Positions 24,854-35,586 of a stretch of 64,000 nucleotides of DNA are shown piece after piece (the first letter of the stretch is position 1; each line of letters opens with the position of its first letter). Source of the stretch: Spirochaetae bacterium HGW-Spirochaetae-4 (GTDB taxonomy: Bacteria > Spirochaetota > Spirochaetia > Sphaerochaetales > Sphaerochaetaceae); assembly GCA_002839335.1 (NCBI GenBank), contig PGXU01000005.1, positions 28,215 through 92,214 on the forward strand, in the 5' to 3' direction. A program made the position numbers and the translations under genes. The notes under the pieces are model-generated. The model did no database searches and had not been told where the DNA came from. It worked only from the letters and a program-made list of their open reading frames with translations.

Positions 24854-25639
24854 CTAGACGATATTGCGTTCCCTCTTGATGGTGTCGTATGCTTCTTGGA
24901 TGGAACGGAATTTTTCTGTGGCGAATGTCGTGAATTCTTCGGGCAACCCTTTCGATGCAACCGTATCGGGATGAAATTCAATACTGAGTTTCCGATAAGC
25001 CTTCTTGATTTCCTCGACCGGAGCTCCCGGTTGCAATCCGAGTACCGCATAGGCTTTTGAAGGAGCCGCGGTGAACGACGTGTGTCGACGCTTTATATTG
25101 ACCAATAGGGCATCCGAAATCCTGAATATTCGCGCAGCCACCGTAATGAGCCTGTCTTCGGATTCGTTGAGAACCCCATCGGCGACAGCAACTCGCACCA
25201 AGATATCGACCATCAACTCCAGCAAGGCCGGTTCATGTGCGAAATTCTGGTAGAATTGGGTTGCGAATTGCTCGAAGGTCCCGCCACCGGTGAGCGCGGC
25301 ATTGAATACCCGCAGGGCCGCCTGTCGACTTTGCATATCGAGCTTCAGGTCCCGCTGGATGAACTCTTCGACCTTCTGTTGCTCTTCGGGCAGCAGACGG
25401 CCGTCGACCGTCGCAATCCTTGCAAGCATGGAGAAGGCTCCTACGAAGAACACCATCTGGGACTGCTGTTCGGCCGAGAGCCTGTTCATGTCGCCAAAGG
25501 GAATGGAACCTTCCTGTTGACCCGACATTTGTCCGGCCCGATCGAACAGGTTGCCGAACGCTATTCCCGCAATCATGCCCAAGGGTCCGCCTATAGCCAG
25601 ACCCATGGCGCCACCGATCAATTTACCAATCCAACCCAT
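24854..25639 (-). CDS. DjlA-like co-chaperone (TerB-like domain plus C-terminal J domain)
   Basis: Has an N-terminal Gly-rich TM segment ([29 protein letters not shown]), a central TerB-like region and a C-terminal J domain ([30 protein letters not shown]). Confidence 0.8.
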   Translation of the reverse strand: MGWIGKLIGGAMGLAIGGPLGMIAGIAFGNLFDRAGQMSGQQEGSIPFGDMNRLSAEQQSQMVFFVGAFSMLARIATVDGRLLPEEQQKVEEFIQRDLKLDMQSRQAALRVFNAALTGGGTFEQFATQFYQNFAHEPALLELMVDILVRVAVADGVLNESEDRLITVAARIFRISDALLVNIKRRHTSFTAAPSKAYAVLGLQPGAPVEEIKKAYRKLSIEFHPDTVASKGLPEEFTTFATEKFRSIQEAYDTIKRERNIV

Positions 25640-25648
25640 GGGCGCTTC

Positions 25649-27079
25649 CTACAGCTTGTCGATCAGCATGGAGCACTTGCCCGATGGAATCGGAAGAGTC
25701 TTCTTCTTTTTCTCGGCAAGAATCTCGATGGTGAAATAGTAGAGCTTCTCAGACTCCAATCGGATTTCCCAACCACGTGGTTGCTTGTTGCTCAAAATGG
25801 TGATCATGTTCCGTTTCAGGGACAATCCCTCTATTCCCATTGCTTCCAGCGTGGTCATAGTCCAATCCACCGTCTTGCGGGGAAGGGATATCACCAATCC
25901 GATGATATCCTCGATCATCAAGGTGATGGTTATGAGTCCTGTCATGGGAATGAACCGCTTCGTCGGGAAGTCGGGGATATCGTTGCAAATCGAAGGGCCC
26001 TCTTTGGTCGGCTGGTAGGCTTCCCAGACATCACCCGTCTCTTCCCCATCGGGATGGAGCGTATCGAGAATGAAATAGAGGTGTCTGATGGAACATTCCC
26101 GTGCGAACTCAAACTGCCCGTACTGCTCCAGTCCCTTGACCACCATATAGGTGTTGAACGGGACCACGCCACCACGATATCCGTTGCCAAGCTCCGAGAA
26201 GTCGGGATCGGATACGGGGATGGTGGGAAACGGATTCTCGGTCCCGAACATCTCGGGGTCGGAAAGGTGTGCTATGAATCCGTCGGCACGCTCTTCATTG
26301 GGAATCTCCGCAAGAAGAGTCCAATACGCACCGATATGTTTGCGTTTGGTCCGTTTTTCCTTCACATCCAAATCATAGTAGAAATGGTCGTCGGGGTCCC
26401 ACATGAGGGAATTGATCCGGGTCTTCAGGGAGAAGTACAACCGCTTGTATCTGAAACTCAGTTCCTTGTCGTTCAGGATATCGCCGATTGCCGAAAGATA
26501 CAGGGCATTCACCGCAAGCTGCGAATTGAAATCGACAGGATAGTACATGGTGCTCCGATCGATATTGCCGGAAAGGCAAGCCGATGCGGGAACCGAGTAG
26601 AGTCCATTTTCCCGGAGGAAATTGTTCTTGAGCCAATCGAAGTGCTTTTCCAGTATCGGGACAATCTCTTTCAACCGCTTCTTGTTACCGATCTTATGGT
26701 AAAAACCATGTTCCACATAGGCGAAGATCGGAGAACAGACTCCTTCCGGATTTTCGGGGTCGGAAACCACCGAACCGTCTTCGATCGAATAATCGCTTCT
26801 GATGGCTCCCGATTCTTCTTGCCGACCATAGAAATAGTCCATCATGGGGAATGGAGAATAGGTCTGATTGCTGTATACAAGAAACAAGGCCGCCATGCAG
26901 GAATGGAGCTGGTTGAACGTTTTTTGTCCCGGGTACCCAAGATAACCGCCGGAGAAACCATTCTCCTTTGTTCCCTGTGCCCAATATTCATCTATCCAAA
27001 CCCAGGTCCTGTCGTACATATCGACAAAATCCTGGTCATAAAAATGTACCGACGGTACCATATCTTTGATCAACACCAA
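25649..27079 (-). CDS. Putative (alpha/alpha)6-barrel glycoside hydrolase (GH63/GH37-like)
   Basis: A 476-aa soluble protein. By eye it resembles MGH/trehalase-like hydrolases (aromatic-rich blocks, ENPFPT, GYRGGVVP, DVWEAY). The family assignment is tentative. Confidence 0.5.
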   Translation of the reverse strand: MVLIKDMVPSVHFYDQDFVDMYDRTWVWIDEYWAQGTKENGFSGGYLGYPGQKTFNQLHSCMAALFLVYSNQTYSPFPMMDYFYGRQEESGAIRSDYSIEDGSVVSDPENPEGVCSPIFAYVEHGFYHKIGNKKRLKEIVPILEKHFDWLKNNFLRENGLYSVPASACLSGNIDRSTMYYPVDFNSQLAVNALYLSAIGDILNDKELSFRYKRLYFSLKTRINSLMWDPDDHFYYDLDVKEKRTKRKHIGAYWTLLAEIPNEERADGFIAHLSDPEMFGTENPFPTIPVSDPDFSELGNGYRGGVVPFNTYMVVKGLEQYGQFEFARECSIRHLYFILDTLHPDGEETGDVWEAYQPTKEGPSICNDIPDFPTKRFIPMTGLITITLMIEDIIGLVISLPRKTVDWTMTTLEAMGIEGLSLKRNMITILSNKQPRGWEIRLESEKLYYFTIEILAEKKKKTLPIPSGKCSMLIDKL

Positions 27080-27161
27080 CTCCTCATACTTTCAATCAAA
27101 AAAAATACAAAAACACGCACTGTAAACAATACACTGACAAGACGCATTAGTCAAATATAGC

Positions 27162-28118
27162 CTATGAAATTCTTATAAATTTCACACCGGCCGGAAAAAG
27201 TTTCACCGAAATCGACCGGCAACCGCGGGAAACCTCTTCCCCATCGGCATGGCACGGCAACGAATCGGTCGGGGCGGTGATGGTTACCCCGGTTGCCCTG
27301 AAGGACGAGAACCGGTCTGTCTTCAACTGGCTTCCAGAGAAGAACCTCACGGCATATTTCAATATTTCCCGCCCTTGTATCGGTTTGTTCGCATATACGA
27401 TATCCAGCAGTCCATCATCCAACTCCGCATTCGGCCCCATGATGAACATCGAACCCATCCGCCTCCCGTTGCAAAGGGAGATCTGCTGGGTATTGCAGGT
27501 GAAGCTTCCATGCTCACTTGCAATCTCCACAAGAACCGGGGCGGGATAGTGTATCATGATTTTCAAGAATCCGAACAAATAGCTGAGCATTCCGCTGATT
27601 TTCTTGAAATCGGAGGCCACGAAATTCACCAACGGCTCGAAGCCGATCCCAACTCCATTCACAAAACATCTGCCCTCGGGGAACCTGCCACCGAATACTT
27701 CACCGAAGTCGATGGCTTTCCAACTCTTTGTAGCTATGAGCTTGCAGGCATCCTCGACTGTCTTCGGGATTTTGGCGAAAAAGGCGAAATCATTGCCCCG
27801 GCCGATTGGAATGAGTCCCACCAGTGGAGAATCCTCGGCGGATAGGCCAAGCTCACGTGTAGCCCGGACAACACCATCGACCACTTCGTTGATCGTGCCG
27901 TCCCCACCTGCGGCGACCACAGTCCTATATCCGGAAAGTACCGCCTCTTTCGCCAACTCTATGGCCTCGAGCGGTCTTTCGGTCAGGACCATACGGACTG
28001 GAATCCGGTTGCTTGTGAAATAATCCTCGATAGCCGCCCTCTGGGAAAGGGCTCTCCCCTTCGCCGCATTCGGATTCAACACGATGAATATCTCGGGCTT
28101 CACTTCTGTATGGGGCAT
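27162..28118 (-). CDS. Diacylglycerol/lipid kinase family protein (YegS/DagK)
   Basis: IFIVLNPNAAKGRA and VVAAGGDGTINEVV (GGDGT motif); 318 aa. Confidence 0.85.
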   Translation of the reverse strand: MPHTEVKPEIFIVLNPNAAKGRALSQRAAIEDYFTSNRIPVRMVLTERPLEAIELAKEAVLSGYRTVVAAGGDGTINEVVDGVVRATRELGLSAEDSPLVGLIPIGRGNDFAFFAKIPKTVEDACKLIATKSWKAIDFGEVFGGRFPEGRCFVNGVGIGFEPLVNFVASDFKKISGMLSYLFGFLKIMIHYPAPVLVEIASEHGSFTCNTQQISLCNGRRMGSMFIMGPNAELDDGLLDIVYANKPIQGREILKYAVRFFSGSQLKTDRFSSFRATGVTITAPTDSLPCHADGEEVSRGCRSISVKLFPAGVKFIRIS

Positions 28119-28167
28119 ACACTGGTCCTTTTGGAAAGATTGACAATCAAGAGCGTATCATACCCTA

Positions 28168-28196
28168 TTTACATGCGGTTTTCAATCCAATATAGT
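28168..28196 (+). promoter_or_regulatory. Putative sigma70 promoter of ygiQ
   Basis: TTTACA-N17-TATAGT. The -10 ends 7 nt before the first ATG (28204), with no RBS in between. Confidence 0.45.
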
Positions 28197-28203
28197 GCTT
28201 TCT

Positions 28204-30114
28204 ATGAATAGAAATAGACCGTTTCTCCCGCTCGACCGATCGGACATGGAACGCAGGGGATGGGATGCGGTCGATGTGGTGTTCATTTCCGGGGATGCAT
28301 ATGTCGACCACCCCTCCTTTGGAGCGGCATTGCTCGGACGCCTTATGGAATTCCATGGATACCGTGTGGGAATTGTCGCGCAACCGCGATGGGACCGTAC
28401 GGACGACTTCCTGCAATTCGGCAAACCTCGCCTCTGTTGTATGGTTTCCTCGGGAAACATCGATTCGATGGTGAGCCATTACACCGCCAACAACAGAGTA
28501 CGCAACGATGATCCGTATTCCCCTGGTGGCAAGGGGGGCAAGCGTCCCGACAGGGCCGTCATCACCTATAGTGGAAGGGCTCGGCAAGCGTTCGGAAAAG
28601 AGACCCCAATCATAATCGGAGGTCTCGAGGCTTCGCTCAGACGTTTGGCGCACTACGACTTCTGGAGTGACCGAATACGAAGGAGTGTCCTGTTGGATGC
28701 CAAGGCGGACCTGTTGGTCTATGGCATGGGAGAATTGCAGACCTTGGAGATCCTCAAGCGATTGTCTGCAGGAGAACCGGTCCAGACGCTTGTCGATATT
28801 CCCGGGACAGCCGCCAATATACCCTCGAAATCCTTTGACCAACACAAGGAGGGAAGACCTGGATATGCCTTCGTCCAGCTCCCATCCTACGAACAGGTCT
28901 CCGAACGTGAGAAGGTGAGCAATACGCCATCGTCGGAAAGTCTTCACGCCTATGCCACCTCCTTCCAGCAACAACTGCTCCATGAGAATCCGTTCGACAA
29001 GACGGTACTGATCCAGGAAAGCGCCGATCGGACTATTGTGGTGAACCCTCCCATGCGTCCGTTGACACAAGCCGAGTTGGATCAGGTGCAGGAACTGCCC
29101 TACCAACGGACATGGCATCCCAGCTACGATTCCGATGGTGGTATCCCGGCCCTGGCCGAAGTCCAGTTCAGCCTGACCAGCAACAGGGGATGCTTCGGCT
29201 CTTGTTCCTTTTGTGCCATTACCAGTCATCAAGGACGTATTATCACCAACCGTTCGATAGCCTCATTGGAGAGAGAGACTGAAGAAATTACAGCCTTACC
29301 TAATTTTAAGGGCTACATACACGATGTTGGGGGCCCGACGGCAAACTTCCAGGGCATCGCCTGCAAACGTCAACAGACGCATGGGCCATGCCAAAACAAG
29401 TTGTGCCTGTATCCCGATCCCTGTAACAATCTCATCGATTCGCATCCAGCGTATCTCCAGCGTTTGGAAGCGATCGAGGCAGTTCCCTCTGTCAAGAAGG
29501 TATTTATCCGATCGGGAATCAGATACGACTACCTGATGGCGACAGGAACCCCCGAATCACGGAAAAAATTCCTCGACCGGCTGGCGTCGAACCACACGAG
29601 CGGACAGCTGCGGGTAGCACCGGAACATATGGATCCGGCAGCACTCGATGCCATGGGCAAGCCAAAGGTCGAGTGGTACGAACAGTTTGTCGACGACTTC
29701 ATGGAAGCCTCCCGACATGCAGGCAAGGAGCAGTACTGCATCCCCTATTTCATTGCGGCGCACCCCGGCACCACCTTGGAGGGTGCTGTGGCGTTGGCCG
29801 AGTACCTACACAAGACACACTTCATTCCCGAGCAAGTCCAAGAGTTCTATCCCACCCCGGGAACGGTCGCGACATGCATGTATTTCACCGGACTGGACCC
29901 ACGTCCAGGCAGGAATTTCGCGTCTATCCATGTCCCGAAAGGAAGGGAACGCCATATGCAGAGGGCATTGCTCCACTACCACAAGCCGGAACACAGGACG
30001 CTGGTCCTGGAAGCGCTGCAGCTGACGGGTAGGAGCGATTTGATATCGGTTTTGCTCGGAGCTCACCGGCGCAGCTTGCCCCAAAACCCCAAACGTGGTA
30101 CAGCTCGACCATGA
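28204..30114 (+). CDS. ygiQ: YgiQ-family radical SAM protein (UPF0313)
   Basis: MNRNRPFLPLDRSDMERRGWDAVDVVFISGDAYVDHPSFGAALLGRLME is the hallmark YgiQ N-terminus. The radical-SAM cysteine cluster is CFGSCSFC. Confidence 0.88.
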   Translation: MNRNRPFLPLDRSDMERRGWDAVDVVFISGDAYVDHPSFGAALLGRLMEFHGYRVGIVAQPRWDRTDDFLQFGKPRLCCMVSSGNIDSMVSHYTANNRVRNDDPYSPGGKGGKRPDRAVITYSGRARQAFGKETPIIIGGLEASLRRLAHYDFWSDRIRRSVLLDAKADLLVYGMGELQTLEILKRLSAGEPVQTLVDIPGTAANIPSKSFDQHKEGRPGYAFVQLPSYEQVSEREKVSNTPSSESLHAYATSFQQQLLHENPFDKTVLIQESADRTIVVNPPMRPLTQAELDQVQELPYQRTWHPSYDSDGGIPALAEVQFSLTSNRGCFGSCSFCAITSHQGRIITNRSIASLERETEEITALPNFKGYIHDVGGPTANFQGIACKRQQTHGPCQNKLCLYPDPCNNLIDSHPAYLQRLEAIEAVPSVKKVFIRSGIRYDYLMATGTPESRKKFLDRLASNHTSGQLRVAPEHMDPAALDAMGKPKVEWYEQFVDDFMEASRHAGKEQYCIPYFIAAHPGTTLEGAVALAEYLHKTHFIPEQVQEFYPTPGTVATCMYFTGLDPRPGRNFASIHVPKGRERHMQRALLHYHKPEHRTLVLEALQLTGRSDLISVLLGAHRRSLPQNPKRGTARP

Positions 30115-31511
30115 CTACAGCCCCAATGCCCGACTTCGTGGAATCCAGAAAAGAGTTCCTCTCACGCCTCATCTTCCTGGCCCTGCCGATAATGTTGCAG
30201 AACCTCCTGGTTGCCTCCGTCTCCTTCATCGACACGATGATGATTGGAATGGTCGGAGAATCGTCACTTGCGGCTGTTGGCTTGGCGAACCAGATGTTCT
30301 TCCTCATGACACTCTTCTTCTTCGGAGTCAGTAGCGGGGCCGCCATATTCGTGGCGCAATATTGGGGAGCGCAGGACAAGACCTCCATGCACAAGGTCAT
30401 GGGAATCGCGTTGATAGTAAGTCTTGCCGGGGCATTCTTCAGTTCCATCATCTCGTTGTCGATTCCGGAAACGATCATGCGGATCTTCACCAACGACCCG
30501 GAGGTTGTCGCACGGGGTCGCGAATACCTGGTGGTCGTGGCGGTCAGCTATGTGTTCACTGCTGTGGTGATGACTTTCTCCGCATCATTGCGAAGCACAG
30601 GTGATGCCAAGACTCCGCTCTACATTTCGTTCTTCTCCATGAGCCTCAATGTCGTGCTCAACTACCTGTTGATCCTGGGAAAGTTCGGCTTTCCACGGTT
30701 GGAGGTGCGGGGAGCCGCATTGGCCACTGTGATCGCACGTGGCGTGGAAATGGTCCTGCTGCTGCTGTTCATCTATGGAAAGAAGCGAGCGGTCGCCGCA
30801 CCACTGCGAAGCCTGGTCTCCTTCAACCGCACCATGGTGAAACGGTATTTCGTCACCTGCCTGCCGGTGATATTGAACGAACTGTTCTGGTCGCTTGGCA
30901 TGACCACCTACAAGGTCGCCTTCTCACGGATGGGTATCGAGGTGATAGCCTCGGTCAATGTGAGCGAGTCGATCCAAGGGTTGTTCTTTGTTGTCCTGAT
31001 GGGTATCAGCAACGCCAGTGCGATCATGATCGGAAACCGGATCGGTGAAAACCACTTGGATGTGGCGAAGCTCTATGCGAAACGGTTGCTGGTCATCGGG
31101 TTCTTCACTGGTGCCGTTCTCGGTGGATTCCTGGCATTCCTATCGCCATGGCTTCCCCTTCCATTCAACCTGAGTCCTCCGGTCGCCCGTATGACTACCT
31201 TGTCCCTGATCTCCTTGGGTCTGTTGATTCCCATCAAGGCCTACAACATGGTGCTGGTCGTCGGTGTGCTCCGTTCGGGGGGAGACACCCGGTTCTCCAT
31301 GTTCGTCGAGCTGGCCGGGGTCTGGTTGATCGGAGTTCCCTGTGCCTTCCTCGGAGCTCTCGTATTCGGTATTCCGATCTACTACCTGTACCTGTTTGTC
31401 GGGTTGGAAGAGGCATTCAAGTGGATTGTGGGGATGTTCAGGATCAAGAGCGGCAAATGGGTAAACAGGCTCACCGAGGACCTGCCTGCCACGGGCGGGG
31501 ACTTGGCTTGA
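30111..31511 (+). CDS. MATE-family efflux transporter
   Basis: A 466-aa, ~12-TM protein with a typical MATE N-terminus (LALPIMLQNLLVASVSFIDTMMIG). The start overlaps the ygiQ stop (ATGA). Confidence 0.85.
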   Translation: MTTAPMPDFVESRKEFLSRLIFLALPIMLQNLLVASVSFIDTMMIGMVGESSLAAVGLANQMFFLMTLFFFGVSSGAAIFVAQYWGAQDKTSMHKVMGIALIVSLAGAFFSSIISLSIPETIMRIFTNDPEVVARGREYLVVVAVSYVFTAVVMTFSASLRSTGDAKTPLYISFFSMSLNVVLNYLLILGKFGFPRLEVRGAALATVIARGVEMVLLLLFIYGKKRAVAAPLRSLVSFNRTMVKRYFVTCLPVILNELFWSLGMTTYKVAFSRMGIEVIASVNVSESIQGLFFVVLMGISNASAIMIGNRIGENHLDVAKLYAKRLLVIGFFTGAVLGGFLAFLSPWLPLPFNLSPPVARMTTLSLISLGLLIPIKAYNMVLVVGVLRSGGDTRFSMFVELAGVWLIGVPCAFLGALVFGIPIYYLYLFVGLEEAFKWIVGMFRIKSGKWVNRLTEDLPATGGDLA

Positions 31512-31554
31512 CCGTCCGATAGCCGGGCTTTATATTCTAGGTAAGAGGCACCAT

Positions 31555-32736
31555 ATGGGAACCACCGTCCTGATCAATGGAACCATAGTCACCGGTTCGG
31601 CGAAATTGCAGAATTGCGGTTTGTTCATTGATTCCGAAGGAAACATCGGAGACATTTTCAACATGAAACGCTTCCAGCAGAAGCGCTTTCCCCCAGGCAC
31701 AGAAACCATCGACGTCAAGGGCGCCTTCATCGCACCCGGATTCATCGACACCCATATCCATGGAATCGGAGGATTCGGAACCGAAGACGCGAAGACCGAA
31801 TCGATCCTCGGCATGTCGGAACGGTTGGCCGATTTTGGGGTGACCGGATTCTTTCCAACCATCTACACAGATACGACCGAGAGGATGCTCGCATCGATCG
31901 AAGTCACGGTCGAGGCGATAGGAGAGGAAACCGGAGCCACCATACTTGGGATCAATGTGGAGGGTCCGTTCATCTCCTCGGCCCGGTTGGGGGCACAAAA
32001 TGCCGACGGCGTCAAACCGGTCGACGTGGCCTTGTTCGAAAAGATTATTGAAGCGGGCAAAGGCCATATTGTCTGTATGACGGTAGCCCCAGAATTGAAG
32101 GGGATGCGAGAATTGGCACTCACTGCAATCAAACGGGGTGTCGTTTTGCTTGCAGGACATACGAATGCCACCTATGAGAACATTATTGAGGGCATGCAGG
32201 TCGGAATACTCCACTCGACCCACTTCTTCAATGCGATGAGCCGACTCCACCAAAGGAACCCGGGTACGGTCGGAGCTATTCTGATCGAGCAGGATATGCA
32301 GTGCGAAGTGATTGCCGACGGAGTACACGTGCACCCGGAATTGGTCAAGTTGCTTTTAAAAGACAAACAAGTCAGGAACGTCGTATTGGTTACCGATTCC
32401 TTGAAGCCAACCATGCAAAAGGGTGGCGAGCTATTGTCCAACAAGGAAATCGCAATCCTGGCCGATGATGGGGCGTTCCACAGGGCGGATGATCCCGATG
32501 TCATGTTGGGCTCCTCGCTTACCATGCTGCAAGGTGTGAAGAATCTCGTGGATTGGGAAGTTCCCATCGAGTCGGCGATACAGATGGCTACCGCCAATCC
32601 GGCACGTATCTACGATATGTCGCTCATGGGACGGTTGACTCCGGGATACCTGGCAAATATCGTGGTTTTCGACGAGGATTTTGTCGTCAAGGGCCTGTTT
32701 ATCCGTGGTACTATGATACGTGACAATTTTTCATAA
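31555..32736 (+). CDS. nagA: N-acetylglucosamine-6-phosphate deacetylase
   Basis: FIAPGFIDTHIHGIGG, MTVAPEL, AGHTNA and THFFNAM motifs. Confidence 0.88.
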   Translation: MGTTVLINGTIVTGSAKLQNCGLFIDSEGNIGDIFNMKRFQQKRFPPGTETIDVKGAFIAPGFIDTHIHGIGGFGTEDAKTESILGMSERLADFGVTGFFPTIYTDTTERMLASIEVTVEAIGEETGATILGINVEGPFISSARLGAQNADGVKPVDVALFEKIIEAGKGHIVCMTVAPELKGMRELALTAIKRGVVLLAGHTNATYENIIEGMQVGILHSTHFFNAMSRLHQRNPGTVGAILIEQDMQCEVIADGVHVHPELVKLLLKDKQVRNVVLVTDSLKPTMQKGGELLSNKEIAILADDGAFHRADDPDVMLGSSLTMLQGVKNLVDWEVPIESAIQMATANPARIYDMSLMGRLTPGYLANIVVFDEDFVVKGLFIRGTMIRDNFS

Positions 32737-32758
32737 CAACTTGCTCTAGGGGGAATGC

Positions 32759-34234
32759 ATGGCTCAACATGGTGCATCTGAACGTGCGGTCGAAGGCTTG
32801 CAGCCGCAAAGGCTTTGGAATTATTTTCTCGATCTTACCCAGATTCCGCGGGAATCGGGGAACGAAGGTCAAGTACGCGCATACCTGGTCGAATTCGCCA
32901 AGAAACATGGGTTCGCTTTCCAAGTCGATGATGCTGGAAATGTGATTATCAAGGTTCCGGCAACGAAAGGAATGGAGCATGTCCCCTCCCTGGCATTGCA
33001 AGGCCATATGGATATGGTCTGTGTAAAGGAGGACGATGTCGAATTCAACTTTGCCACCGATCCATTGGTGCTTGAACGCGACGGGGATTGGCTCAAGGCC
33101 AGAGGAACGACTCTTGGAGCCGACAATGGGATCGCTATTGCCCTGGCCCTCGACCTTTTCACCGATCCCGAAGCTTCACATGGTCCATTGGAAGCGATTT
33201 TCACCACTTCGGAAGAAACCGGATTGGAAGGCGCCTTCGGACTCGATGCATCCATGATAGATAGCAGGAAGATGCTCAACCTGGATAGTGAGGAAGAGGG
33301 AATCTTCTTCATCGGTTGTGCCGGAGGTGTTGAAATCAACGCATCCGTGCCGCTTGAACTATCCCCGGTCACCAAACGTGAACTCTTGTTGGATGTGACG
33401 CTCGACGGATTGCTTGGGGGACATTCGGGTGGAGAAATCCACAAACAGCGTGCAAATGCGATATCCTGTATGGCCCGTCTGTTGCGAACGATATCGGACG
33501 AATGTACTGTCCGGTTGGTGCACATGGCAGGTGGCACAAAACGCAATGTCATTCCCAGCAGTTGCCGTGCAACCGTTTCGATACCCTCGGAACGGCTTGA
33601 GCTTGTAGAATCGATTGCCACACAAGTATTGAAGGACCTCAAGAAGGAATATGCACAAGCAGATCCGGGAATCAACCTGATTATCGCCAAGTCAAGGAAG
33701 CAGGCGACCGAAGCATCGACGGCACAACAGAGCGAGGCTATGATCAATGCACTGTGTCTTGCTCCACACGGTGTCGAACGGATGAGCCAGACCATTGACG
33801 GGATGGTGGAGACCTCCTCCAACCTGGCGGTTATCAAAACCACTGACAAGGCGTATACCTTGGTCACCAGTCATCGATCGTCGATACTCTCTTCCCGTGA
33901 CATGATTGCGAAAAGGGCCGTTTTGGCTTTCGAGACCGCTGGAGCCACATGCAAGCTGGAGAATCCGTACCCGGCATGGACTCCGGACCCGTCCTCACCG
34001 CTTGCAGGATTCTGTGCCACGGCATGGAAGAAGCATATGGGCAAGAAAGCGCAGATAACCGCAATCCACGCAGGGTTGGAATGCGGTATCATCAACTCGC
34101 TTGTGGAAGGCATGGATTCCGTTTCGCTCGGCCCGAACCTCATGGATGTCCACTCGCCCAAGGAACGGGTTTCCATTTCTTCGACTGCGAGAATCGCCGA
34201 ATTCCTGCGGCATCTCTGTCCGATCATTTCTTGA
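32759..34234 (+). CDS. pepD: Aminoacyl-histidine dipeptidase (PepD, M20C)
   Basis: LWNYFLDLTQIPRESGNE, ALQGHMDMVC, TTLGADNGIAIA and FTTSEETGLEGA are the typical PepD signature. Confidence 0.88.
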   Translation: MAQHGASERAVEGLQPQRLWNYFLDLTQIPRESGNEGQVRAYLVEFAKKHGFAFQVDDAGNVIIKVPATKGMEHVPSLALQGHMDMVCVKEDDVEFNFATDPLVLERDGDWLKARGTTLGADNGIAIALALDLFTDPEASHGPLEAIFTTSEETGLEGAFGLDASMIDSRKMLNLDSEEEGIFFIGCAGGVEINASVPLELSPVTKRELLLDVTLDGLLGGHSGGEIHKQRANAISCMARLLRTISDECTVRLVHMAGGTKRNVIPSSCRATVSIPSERLELVESIATQVLKDLKKEYAQADPGINLIIAKSRKQATEASTAQQSEAMINALCLAPHGVERMSQTIDGMVETSSNLAVIKTTDKAYTLVTSHRSSILSSRDMIAKRAVLAFETAGATCKLENPYPAWTPDPSSPLAGFCATAWKKHMGKKAQITAIHAGLECGIINSLVEGMDSVSLGPNLMDVHSPKERVSISSTARIAEFLRHLCPIIS

Positions 34235-34269
34235 GGAATCTGGAAACACGATCGTCAAGGTGAAACCGA

Positions 34270-35502
34270 TTATTCCACTGTTTTCTTCCGGCTCCAGTCC
34301 TTCACACTGCGAGCCAGTTCTTTTGCTGTGCCGATTGCCCTTGCCTTATCGTCTTCAGTAGGAGCCCCTTGATATTCTATGACTCCGACACAATCCCACT
34401 TCAAGGATTCAACGAAAGGGTCGAATTGCTTTTGGGCACCGCCGGACCATCCGAAGGAACCGAAACGCATGACCTTGCGATTGTTCACATGGCTTCTCTC
34501 GAGGATATCCAAGATATGGTACATGGGAGGGAACATGCGGTATTCGTACGTCGGCATGCCGATAACCAGGCCGCTTGTGCGCCAAGCGGATGCCAGTACG
34601 AAGGAGGCATGCTCCTTGGGGACCTCATGCATCCTTACCGTCAAACCTTCATCCTCAAGTGTCTTCTTGATTATGGGGACAAGTGCTGCCGTATTGCCGT
34701 ACATGCTGCTCCATACGAAGGTCACTTCCGCTTCGGCTGGCCCGTTCATATCTTCGGCCAACGTCTTGTACAGTTCGATAATCCTCGCAGGATCTTTCCT
34801 CCACACGATTCCGTGGCTCGGGGCAACCATACGGATATCGAGTCCAGCCAATTTTTGGATACCCCGCAGTACGAATTGGCTGAACGAGGAGACGATGTTG
34901 GCATAGTAGCGTTCGGTTTCGGGTATGAGCAGCTCCCATTCGGCTGTGGTCAATTCGTCGTCGAAACAATGTTCATATTGGCCGAACGATCCGAAGGCAT
35001 CACAGGAGAAGAGCACCCCGTCCTCCGGCACGTACGTCATCATCGTCTCAGGCCAATGGATATTCGGCGTCTCTTCGAAAACCAGAGTCTTGCCCCCGAG
35101 ATCGACAGTCTCTTTCGACGCGACAGATCTGACCTTTTCCGTTATTCCGTAGAAGGCTTCGACAAGCGGAACCGCTTTTTTGGTACAGAGGATTTCGATG
35201 TTGGGATTCTGTTTGCACAATTCGGCCAACGAACCGGTGTGGTCCGGCTCCATGTGGTTCAAAACAAGGTAATCGATATCCTTGAACGATAGGCCAAGGG
35301 CGGCCATCTGCTGCTCGACAGCACCAACAGCTCCTTCCCAATCCTTCACAAGATCGATGAAGGCAGTCTTCTCGGTTCCCTGCACAACATACGAGTTCAA
35401 CAACACCCCATGAGGTATCGGCCAAATGCCCTCGAACAAATCCCTATCGCCAATACGTGCATATACACGGTGGATGCCAGGTGCCAAAGTATCCGGTTTC
35501 AT
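34270..35502 (-). CDS. Flavodiiron protein (FprA-type A-type flavoprotein)
   Basis: A metallo-beta-lactamase-like domain with LNHMEPDHTGS plus a C-terminal flavodoxin-like domain (VTFVWSSMYGNTA). I prefer the ATG at 35502 (MKPDTL). Confidence 0.85.
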   Translation of the reverse strand: MKPDTLAPGIHRVYARIGDRDLFEGIWPIPHGVLLNSYVVQGTEKTAFIDLVKDWEGAVGAVEQQMAALGLSFKDIDYLVLNHMEPDHTGSLAELCKQNPNIEILCTKKAVPLVEAFYGITEKVRSVASKETVDLGGKTLVFEETPNIHWPETMMTYVPEDGVLFSCDAFGSFGQYEHCFDDELTTAEWELLIPETERYYANIVSSFSQFVLRGIQKLAGLDIRMVAPSHGIVWRKDPARIIELYKTLAEDMNGPAEAEVTFVWSSMYGNTAALVPIIKKTLEDEGLTVRMHEVPKEHASFVLASAWRTSGLVIGMPTYEYRMFPPMYHILDILERSHVNNRKVMRFGSFGWSGGAQKQFDPFVESLKWDCVGVIEYQGAPTEDDKARAIGTAKELARSVKDWSRKKTVE

Positions 35503-35586
35503 GCGTCCTCCCACATCGGTTTCGTCTTCCCGTTATATCACAAATCATGGCCGATTGGTAGATTCGTGCCAATTTTGCTGCGACAA

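Noticed and set aside
24749-25060. ORFs at 24749-25060, 24358-24879 and 35410-35700 whose products share GMNGIATPGQ...HPTFPAL-like peptides. I considered them a small protein family.
   Set aside because: The similarity comes from translation through the intergenic DNA repeat. The frames differ, the ORFs overlap real genes and there are no RBSs.
25235-27160. The longest ORF in the track, 641 aa on the plus strand.
   Set aside because: It lies entirely antisense to two well-supported minus-strand genes (the DjlA-like gene and the glycoside hydrolase). It has no recognisable motifs, a biased Arg/Gly/His/Leu-rich composition typical of antisense frames, and no RBS.
28165-29232. A 355-aa minus-strand ORF.
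   Set aside because: It is antisense to the strongly supported ygiQ radical-SAM gene and has a low-complexity sequence with no motifs.
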